This document shows positions 25,605-32,000 of a DNA stretch of 32,000 bases, piece by piece. The notes below the pieces were generated by a model. The model saw nothing but the letters and a program-made list of their open reading frames with translations. It was not told where the DNA came from and did no database searches. Numbering within the stretch: the stretch's first letter is position 1; every line of letters begins with the position of its first letter. Made by a program: the position numbers and the translations under genes. Source of the stretch: Candidatus Poseidoniaceae archaeon (lineage in GTDB: Archaea; Thermoplasmatota; Poseidoniia; Poseidoniales; Poseidoniaceae); assembly GCA_943789275.1 (NCBI GenBank), contig CALSTM010000002.1, positions 240,001 through 272,000 of the forward strand, in the 5' to 3' direction.

Positions 25605-26129
25605 ATGGAGCGATTCGCAGTTAAGCGTGGTTTAGAGAAAACAATTGGTGGAAATGCAGGTCTTGCGCGCATAGCAACCAACTATTTTGATGATATTCAA
25701 GTGGATGCAGATGGCGTTTTTACGGGCTCATTTGCCATTCTAACCGGTATAACTGGGCACTTTGGCACCGATGGGAAATTAGTCATGGATGTCAGGCAAA
25801 TGAAAGGCGACGACCTCAATACCTTCCTCTCTGCGGACGGTGGCCGTGAACAAGCAATGGAATCACGCAAAAGATGGTCTTCGTTCCTCGATGAAGCAAC
25901 TGGATATTCTCCAAAGCAACGTGGAGACAAAGCGAAGGAAAACGCAAAGAAATTCTCGAAAGCGAAATCGGCCATCAAAATGGCTCACAAGATGATGCAT
26001 ATGAGCACTTCAATAGACCAAGAAACAATCGACAAGGCAAACACAATGATTGCTGAATTACAGGAAATGATCGATTCAGGAAACCCACCGTCGGAAGGCA
26101 AAGTTAAGAAACTCAACGACTTGATTTGA
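25605..26129 (+). CDS. Hypothetical protein with Lys-rich helical C-terminal half
   Basis: The ATG at 25605 (MERFAVKRG) avoids overlap with the divergent gene, whereas the tracked start at 25488 lies inside that gene's 5' region. No motif was recognised. Its stop sits just upstream of tyrS. Confidence 0.5.
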   Translation: MERFAVKRGLEKTIGGNAGLARIATNYFDDIQVDADGVFTGSFAILTGITGHFGTDGKLVMDVRQMKGDDLNTFLSADGGREQAMESRKRWSSFLDEATGYSPKQRGDKAKENAKKFSKAKSAIKMAHKMMHMSTSIDQETIDKANTMIAELQEMIDSGNPPSEGKVKKLNDLI

Positions 26130-26146
26130 GAGAGCAGAGTGGTAGT

Positions 26147-27295
26147 ATGGGCGTCGACACAATACTCGAACCCTACCTCGAAGACAACCCTCGAATCCTT
26201 GAACTCAATGATGAACAACAACGTCGACTTTCGTTGATGGTCGGCCAAGTTGACGAAACTGTTGGAATCGACCATTTAGTGACCTGCTTAGCAGACAACA
26301 CCAGCATGGCAGGAGACGGTGTGATACGGTGCTATGTTGGTTTTGAACCCTCTGGCAAGGCACATATTGGATGGAAAGTTCTCTCTCTTCAACTGCGTCG
26401 TATGTTGGATGCAAAGGCAAACGTCCTGATCTTCTTGGCCGATTGGCACGCATGGGTCAACGACAAATACAACGGCGATATGAATGACATCCAAACGACC
26501 GCTACCTACATGGAAGAAACCTTTAGAGCTCTCCTCGGACATCCCGAAGAAGGTGAAGGTCCAGGTCAACTGCGCTTCGTATGGGCTTCCCAAATCATGA
26601 ATTCCGGCGATTATTGGGCTCGTGTTCTACGTTGCTCCAAAGGCGCTACTTTGCCCAAAGTGCGTAAAACATTCACAATTATGGGTCGGGATGAAGCATC
26701 TTCCGACCATGACCTGTCAAAATTCTTCTATCCAGCCATGCAAGCAAGTGACATCTTTGAGATGAACATTGATGTCGCCCTTGGCGGAATGGACCAGCGC
26801 AAGGCACACATGTTCATGCGTGATGTGGCAACACGATGGAATTGGAAGAAACCTACCTGTTTGCACACACCGATTCTGTCATCGCTCAAAGCGACTGGAG
26901 TTCGAATGGAGAGTTTTGATCACAAAATGAGTAAATCCGACCCCTCGGGTGCTATTTTACTCCACGATGCTGCCAAAGCACTCAGAAAGAAAATGCAAAA
27001 GCATGCATATCTTGACCCTGTTGACCCGCATTCACCGGTTTACGAACTTGCTGAACATGTTGTGATTCCGGAATGGGGCGAAATTATCGTCACACCGAAC
27101 CCAAAGTTCGGAGAACCATCCACTTGGACAGACTTAGCATCGTTCAAAGCTGCAGTTGCAGATGGAACTCTTCACCCATTGGATGCAAAACTTGGCGTAG
27201 CAGACGGTGTAAGTAAGGGCTTACAAAGTGTACATGAGCACTTCGAGAAGAATCCCGAAACGCTTGAAGCGGTGGCTTCAATTCGCCGGAAGTGA
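26147..27295 (+). CDS. tyrS: Tyrosyl-tRNA synthetase, archaeal type
   Basis: YVGFEPSGKAHIGW (cf. M. jannaschii YIGFEPSGKIHLGH), LADWHAW, YPAMQASDI, GGMDQRKAHM, KMSKS and LHPLDAK (cf. LHPMDLK) are present. The ATG at 26147 is preferred over the tracked TTG at 26126. Confidence 0.88.
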   Translation: MGVDTILEPYLEDNPRILELNDEQQRRLSLMVGQVDETVGIDHLVTCLADNTSMAGDGVIRCYVGFEPSGKAHIGWKVLSLQLRRMLDAKANVLIFLADWHAWVNDKYNGDMNDIQTTATYMEETFRALLGHPEEGEGPGQLRFVWASQIMNSGDYWARVLRCSKGATLPKVRKTFTIMGRDEASSDHDLSKFFYPAMQASDIFEMNIDVALGGMDQRKAHMFMRDVATRWNWKKPTCLHTPILSSLKATGVRMESFDHKMSKSDPSGAILLHDAAKALRKKMQKHAYLDPVDPHSPVYELAEHVVIPEWGEIIVTPNPKFGEPSTWTDLASFKAAVADGTLHPLDAKLGVADGVSKGLQSVHEHFEKNPETLEAVASIRRK

Positions 27296-28204
27296 ATCGA
27301 TTACCGAATCGTCAACCGATTCCTTAGTTGCATTCGAAAGACCTTCTTCAACACTGTGTGCTTTGAGATAAATCATACGTCGAGTGTCACGTATGAAATC
27401 ACGATTGACCAACGGGTCAACGGCCACCATAGCGTTGATGGTGAGATGGTCCCCACGGGAGAATTGACCGACGTACTCGTCGAACACGACCACTTGGAAG
27501 CATTCTTGGTTAATCGCCATACCGTTCTTAGTCATCAGTGGGGATATAACTTCGAGGTATTGGACATCTTCGTAAAAGTTTTCTTCAGCCACCATCGAGA
27601 CATCAGTTGGGTCTTTGTAGTAGGATTTCGGTTTCTTTGAGGACTGGTCTTTGACAATGGAGTCCAGGCAATCCGAACAGTACTTGACCTTCTCTCGTGG
27701 GCGAGCGAGGCGTTCGTTTATTCGCCACTTCAAACCGCAATCGTTGCAGCGATGCGTGCTGATTTTCAACCATCCGATTGCTGGGCTGGTTCGAACCACA
27801 ATTGCATCAAAGGCAAGGAGCCTGTTACGGTCACGCATGCGTAATTCACTCATCTCATAGTATCGACTTGGAGGAAGGTTAACGATACGAATTACCGGTC
27901 GAGTTGACATAATTCGATCCGAATATTGTTCCTTGAGAACCTGATTTCCGCAGGCTAATGTGTGTTCCATACTTTCGGTAAGTTCCGTCTGTAAGTCTCC
28001 AAACTCTTTGAGATCACTCCATTCAATTTCAAAACCGAAAACGGGTTCATCCTTTCCTGGTGAAGCGTTGAGGTCGGCTACATATTTCGGACTTTCAAAC
28101 AACAACCTCCATGAGGCCAATGTTTTTTGTTCATCTTCACTCGGTTCAGTAGGAAATCTTCTCTTCATGGAATATTCACGGGAAATGCGACGGTTAAGAA
28201 ACAT
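27278..28204 (-). CDS. Stand-alone MCM N-terminal domain protein (A subdomain + C4 zinc finger + OB fold), no AAA+ module
   Basis: FEIEWSDLKEFGDLQTELTESMEHTL matches the helical A-subdomain pattern. ELRMRDRNRLLAFDAIVVRTSPAIGWLKISTHRCNDCG...YCSDC gives C-x2-C-x19-C-x2-C, as in archaeal MCM. FYEDVQYLEVIS...FQVVVFDEYVGQFSRGDHLTINAMV is OB/PGD-like. The ORF ends about 40 aa later and overlaps the convergent tyrS 3' end by 18 nt. Confidence 0.62.
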   Translation of the reverse strand: MFLNRRISREYSMKRRFPTEPSEDEQKTLASWRLLFESPKYVADLNASPGKDEPVFGFEIEWSDLKEFGDLQTELTESMEHTLACGNQVLKEQYSDRIMSTRPVIRIVNLPPSRYYEMSELRMRDRNRLLAFDAIVVRTSPAIGWLKISTHRCNDCGLKWRINERLARPREKVKYCSDCLDSIVKDQSSKKPKSYYKDPTDVSMVAEENFYEDVQYLEVISPLMTKNGMAINQECFQVVVFDEYVGQFSRGDHLTINAMVAVDPLVNRDFIRDTRRMIYLKAHSVEEGLSNATKESVDDSVIDSLPAN

Positions 28205-28352
28205 TGTGGCGATATCACTTTTTGCGAGAGAATAACCGTTTGTGTTCCTTTCAAAAAAAAAACGCCCTGCTGCGTCTAAGCCTCACGAAAAAAGGTGCAA
28301 ACGTTCAAGAATCTCTTTGGAGTCGAGAAATCATCCAAGGAGTCTGAATGCT

Positions 28353-29090
28353 ATGTCCAACATCATCGTCCTCGTCAAACAAGTGCCCGACACAAATGCC
28401 CGCATCGTTCTTTCAGGCGACCGCGTGGACCTTTCAGCTGTCAAGAAAGTGATGAGCCCATACGACGAATTCGCCGTCGAAACCGCACTTCAGCACCGCG
28501 AAGCCAACGGCGGGGAAGTCACTGCGGTAACCGTAGGTGATGCTGGTGCAGACAAAGTTCTCAAAGACGCCAAAGCAATTGGTGTAGACCACATTGTACG
28601 AATCGATTCTTCTGAATCACTGGATTCGAATGCTCTTCAATCCGTTCTTGCTTCTGTAGTCAAGAGTATGGATGCCACAGTCGTCTATTGTGGTAAATCC
28701 GCCGCTGACACTGGCGCAGGCTCGACTGGTCCAGGTCTCGCTGAACGCCTCGGATGGGCATCGGTGTCCAACAGTACCAGTGTCGCCTTCGGAGACCAAC
28801 TCTCGGTCATTACTCCATCTGCAGGCGGTAACGCCCGTTACAACGTTCCACTACCAGCTGTCGTATCTTGCGACAAGGGTGACATCAAGGTTCGTAAGCC
28901 GAACGTCAAAGGAATTATGCAAGCAAAGCGAGCAAAAGTCGAGGTCAAAACCGTCGATGCTCCTGCATCAACTGTTTCTGTTGTCTCCCACAGTATGCCT
29001 CCAGCAAAACCTGCTGGCAAGTCGTATGAGGGTGGCGCTGCTGCTGCAGAAGTGGCACAACTGCTTCGTGATGAAGCAAATGTAATCTGA
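28353..29090 (+). CDS. etfB: Electron transfer flavoprotein beta subunit
   Basis: MSNIIVLVKQVPDT at the N-terminus, MSPYDEFAVETAL and YCGKSAADTGAGSTGPGLAE are present. The tracked start at 28242 adds a basic leader with no family support. Confidence 0.9.
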   Translation: MSNIIVLVKQVPDTNARIVLSGDRVDLSAVKKVMSPYDEFAVETALQHREANGGEVTAVTVGDAGADKVLKDAKAIGVDHIVRIDSSESLDSNALQSVLASVVKSMDATVVYCGKSAADTGAGSTGPGLAERLGWASVSNSTSVAFGDQLSVITPSAGGNARYNVPLPAVVSCDKGDIKVRKPNVKGIMQAKRAKVEVKTVDAPASTVSVVSHSMPPAKPAGKSYEGGAAAAEVAQLLRDEANVI

Positions 29091-29101
29091 GGTGAATAAA
29101 A

Positions 29102-30034
29102 ATGTCTGAAACTATAGTAATCGCTGAAATCGTAAAAGGAGCAGTTCACTCGACAACTGCAGAATTAATCACCGCTGCGCAAGCGCTCGGCTCACAACCC
29201 GTCGTCATCGTCCCTTGCACGGATGCCGCAACTGCTGACGGAGCATCCGGATTCGCAGGAGCATCCCGTATCATCGCTGCAAAATCTGCGGTCTTCGAAA
29301 ACTACGACGCTGCTGGATGGGCTGCTGCCCTCGACGCCGTAGCACCTTCGGGCGTACTTGTTGCATCTGCATCACCGCAATCGAAGGACCTCGCCGCTCG
29401 ACTCGCAGCACGAAGAGGTATCTCAGTCGTTCAAGATGTCGTTCAAATCCAAGGTAATAACCTCACATCTCCGATCTATTCCGGCAAGGCTATGCAAACC
29501 GTCGCCCTTAGCGGAGATGCAGTCGTCACCGTACGTCCAAATGTGTTCGATGCTGCCTCCGACAATGGCTCAACCGAAATCTCGGTTGTCGACACAACAG
29601 GTGATATGGCAACAGCAGTTCAAGAATTCATGGCTCGTGCATCGAGTCGACTGGACGTCGCTGAAGCGAACATCATCATTTCAGGCGGCCGAGGCATGGG
29701 CTCCCCTGACAACTTTGTTCATCTTGAAGCAATTGCAGACACTCTTGGTGCTGCAGTTGGTGCTTCTCGTGCAGCAGTTGATACTTGGGAATCTATTCCG
29801 CACTCCATGCAAGTCGGACAAACTGGGAAGACCGTAAATCCGAACTTGTACATCGCCGTCGGCATCTCGGGTGCCATTCAACACCTTGCTGGCATGCGCT
29901 CCTCAAAGTACATCGTTGCCATCAACAAAGATGCGGACGCACCAATTTTCCAGCATGCAGACTACGGCATTGTGGCAACTTGGGAAGAAGCGCTCCCCGT
30001 GCTTCAATCGACGCTTTCGACAATGATGGCGTGA
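29102..30034 (+). CDS. etfA: Electron transfer flavoprotein alpha subunit
   Basis: [41 protein letters not shown] and [18 protein letters not shown] are present. The gene starts 11 nt after etfB. Confidence 0.9.
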   Translation: MSETIVIAEIVKGAVHSTTAELITAAQALGSQPVVIVPCTDAATADGASGFAGASRIIAAKSAVFENYDAAGWAAALDAVAPSGVLVASASPQSKDLAARLAARRGISVVQDVVQIQGNNLTSPIYSGKAMQTVALSGDAVVTVRPNVFDAASDNGSTEISVVDTTGDMATAVQEFMARASSRLDVAEANIIISGGRGMGSPDNFVHLEAIADTLGAAVGASRAAVDTWESIPHSMQVGQTGKTVNPNLYIAVGISGAIQHLAGMRSSKYIVAINKDADAPIFQHADYGIVATWEEALPVLQSTLSTMMA

Positions 30035-30802
30035 TTAAGAATACTTTCCGATTGTGTACACTCCGGAACCTGCTTGGTCTCCAACGAACGGATTCGTTTC
30101 TTTTTCATGACCAATCGTTGTGAGCGGCCCGTGACCCGGATAGACGATGGTCTCTGGGGCAAGTGGCCACAACTCGGTATGAATCGAATGAGCGAGAACA
30201 GTGAAGTCTCCACCGGTATCTGGTAAATCTGTTCGGCCAACTGAACCTGCAAAAAGGGTGTCGCCAACGAACAAGTGGTCAGGCCCACCCTCAACCATAA
30301 GTCGCAAGCAACATCCTCCAAGGGTATGACCGGGAGTATGATGAACATCAAATTCAAGTGAACCAACTGTCAGTTTCTCTCCGGCCTGAAGAGAGACATC
30401 AGCCACAGCAGGTTCTGGAACTTCAAAACCATAGCGTAGGGCCGAACTTTGGGCTAATGTCTGCAAATAAGTGTCATCGGGGTGAAGATACCAATCCACA
30501 TCGTATGCCTTTTTTAGATCAGGAATATGCCCACTGTGGTCGAAATGGGCATGTGTATTGAGAAGAGCGACGACCGTCCGGTTTGGTATGCTCGCCTTTT
30601 GCATCTCCTCTGCCGAACGCGGCCCATTTGTCCAATCTGGGCCTTGACCGGAAAAAGAGTGTACCCAATCGATGATTCGTTCCGGTTCAGCACCTCCGTC
30701 GATGATGACTGTATCGCCTGTAGCGACATCGGTTACGACTGAGCAGCGCATTTGGAGAATACCAACGAAAAAGTATTCCACCCACGGTTCCTTGACGGCC
30801 AT
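30035..30802 (-). CDS. MBL-fold metallo-hydrolase (glyoxalase II / hydroxyacylglutathione hydrolase-like)
   Basis: LLNTHAHFDHSGH (HxHxDH), HHTPGHTLGG, LFVGDTLFAGSVGRTD and YPGHGPLTTIGHEK are present. Confidence 0.8.
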   Translation of the reverse strand: MAVKEPWVEYFFVGILQMRCSVVTDVATGDTVIIDGGAEPERIIDWVHSFSGQGPDWTNGPRSAEEMQKASIPNRTVVALLNTHAHFDHSGHIPDLKKAYDVDWYLHPDDTYLQTLAQSSALRYGFEVPEPAVADVSLQAGEKLTVGSLEFDVHHTPGHTLGGCCLRLMVEGGPDHLFVGDTLFAGSVGRTDLPDTGGDFTVLAHSIHTELWPLAPETIVYPGHGPLTTIGHEKETNPFVGDQAGSGVYTIGKYS

Positions 30803-30839
30803 GACACTTCGAACCGTTTCTCCTTCAAGAGACTAAGCC

Positions 30840-32000
30840 TCAGTCAATTACAACTTGCAACGAATCACTGGACCATTGTCCATCTCGGTCACACACCCGT
30901 AATTCAAACCTGTAATTCCCACTACCCAGGCGAACTTTGACCTTGCTCGAAGAAGCAATCTCTTTGCCAGTTGAGTCAATCCAAGACCACGTTTGAATGC
31001 GACCCTGAGGGTCGTGGGAATGCGTCCCATCAAGAGTAATAATGGCTTTTCCGTCTGCATCCGCAACGTGTTGTTGGTCGTCACCCGAAACAGCTTGTGG
31101 AACTATAACCTCTCGGATTCCAGTGTTCAACTCATCCAACAGTCCTTCCTCAGGTAAGAGGGCCATGTTGGTAATCGCATCATCCAATTGAGAAAGCAAC
31201 TGTTCAGTATCGATGTCTAATGCACCGTCTGGAGTGACCTGTACAGTTTCACCTTGTAGATCTCCAAGCGCAGCCTGCAAAGCGTCAAGCCCCTCGTCAG
31301 AAGCATTTGCATTTTGTATGGATGCCAGTTCATCAGCGGTAAAGAATTCATTCATTTCATCATCTTCTCTATAGATTTCTTCAGCGGAAAGTGGTAACGC
31401 TTCATCGGTTTTTTCAAACCATAAAGTGAGTTCTGATGCATCCGTTTCAAGCAACGGGTCGGAAAGAGAGAATTGGCCAATTGGTTCTTCTTCGGTCCAA
31501 TCATTTTGGTCCTCTCCTGCAAATAAACAGATGGTCCCGTCGCTGCTCAATTCAAGGAAATTCGGCATACCTTGGTGCTCAATTTTCCATTCTGCACCGT
31601 CTTTATCCCGGCCAAAAATATAGAACCACGCTGAGGCCAGGACGCATCCATTGCGGGAGACAAGGTTTCGAATTGGATACTTACACTCCAAACGAACTTC
31701 ATGAATCAGTTCGGATGCATTGGCCGTCGAGTAAACTACTTTCCCGTCATCAAAGCCACACAGTAATCCATCATCACCGGGAATCGCTTGAACAAGACGA
31801 CTCTTTACATCGTACCGATGTCGCAATTTTTGGTGAACGACATCCCATATTTCAATTTCAAGAACTTCTTCATCACCAGCCACCAATGCATAGCCTTCTC
31901 GGCCAATGACAATATTGTGGTTTGAATCGCTTCCGATGCAGGTGATTGACTCACCTTTCTCACCCCTCATAGGGCGGCTCCACGCTAAAGCTCCGTTCAA
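30840..32000 (-). CDS. Secreted-type repeat protein with acidic linker and C-terminal PKD-like domain (5' partial, N-terminus beyond window)
   Basis: The frame is open to nt 32000. The C-terminus ITLDGTHSHDPQGRIQTWSWIDSTGKEI...GNYRFELRVCDRDGQWSSDSLQVVID matches the PKD pattern (LDGSxSxDPdG.I..Y.W...G.Y.v.L.V.D..G). Upstream segments are propeller-like, and an Asp/Glu-rich linker is present. Confidence 0.6.
   Translation of the reverse strand: MNGALAWSRPMRGEKGESITCIGSDSNHNIVIGREGYALVAGDEEVLEIEIWDVVHQKLRHRYDVKSRLVQAIPGDDGLLCGFDDGKVVYSTANASELIHEVRLECKYPIRNLVSRNGCVLASAWFYIFGRDKDGAEWKIEHQGMPNFLELSSDGTICLFAGEDQNDWTEEEPIGQFSLSDPLLETDASELTLWFEKTDEALPLSAEEIYREDDEMNEFFTADELASIQNANASDEGLDALQAALGDLQGETVQVTPDGALDIDTEQLLSQLDDAITNMALLPEEGLLDELNTGIREVIVPQAVSGDDQQHVADADGKAIITLDGTHSHDPQGRIQTWSWIDSTGKEIASSSKVKVRLGSGNYRFELRVCDRDGQWSSDSLQVVID

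Overview
This is a densely packed, almost entirely coding 32 kb window of moderate GC (judged by eye). The information-processing genes are archaeal in type: a short archaeal triosephosphate isomerase, an archaeal TyrRS, an AEP primase small subunit (PriS) and an MCM N-terminal-domain protein. They are interleaved with bacterial-looking heterotrophic catabolism genes: MsrA, P5C dehydrogenase, succinyl-CoA synthetase sucCD, glutaryl-CoA dehydrogenase, ETF beta/alpha, and squalene/phytoene synthase paralogs. Several large secreted or membrane proteins are also present. By inference only, the gene content fits a streamlined planktonic heterotrophic archaeon, Thermoplasmatota / Marine Group II-III-like. 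By eye I found no rRNA, tRNA, CRISPR array, transposase or integrase. I cannot demonstrate a complete novel system. Four loci merit follow-up. (1) A co-oriented gene pair with a 17-nt gap encodes a 566-aa dual zinc-ribbon protein with extreme low complexity (GQFPPQ repeats, a Glu run, and nine copies of a 14-aa Lys/Pro/Gly unit from a 42-bp tandem repeat) followed by a 927-aa ResIII/XPB-like SF2 helicase with unassigned insert and C-terminal regions. (2) A stand-alone MCM N-terminal domain protein has no AAA+ module. (3) An orphan Cas4-like PD-(D/E)XK nuclease lies directly behind a 778-aa polytopic membrane protein. (4) A membrane-anchored protein ends in an AN1-like zinc finger. All functional calls rest on motif recognition by eye, without database searches.
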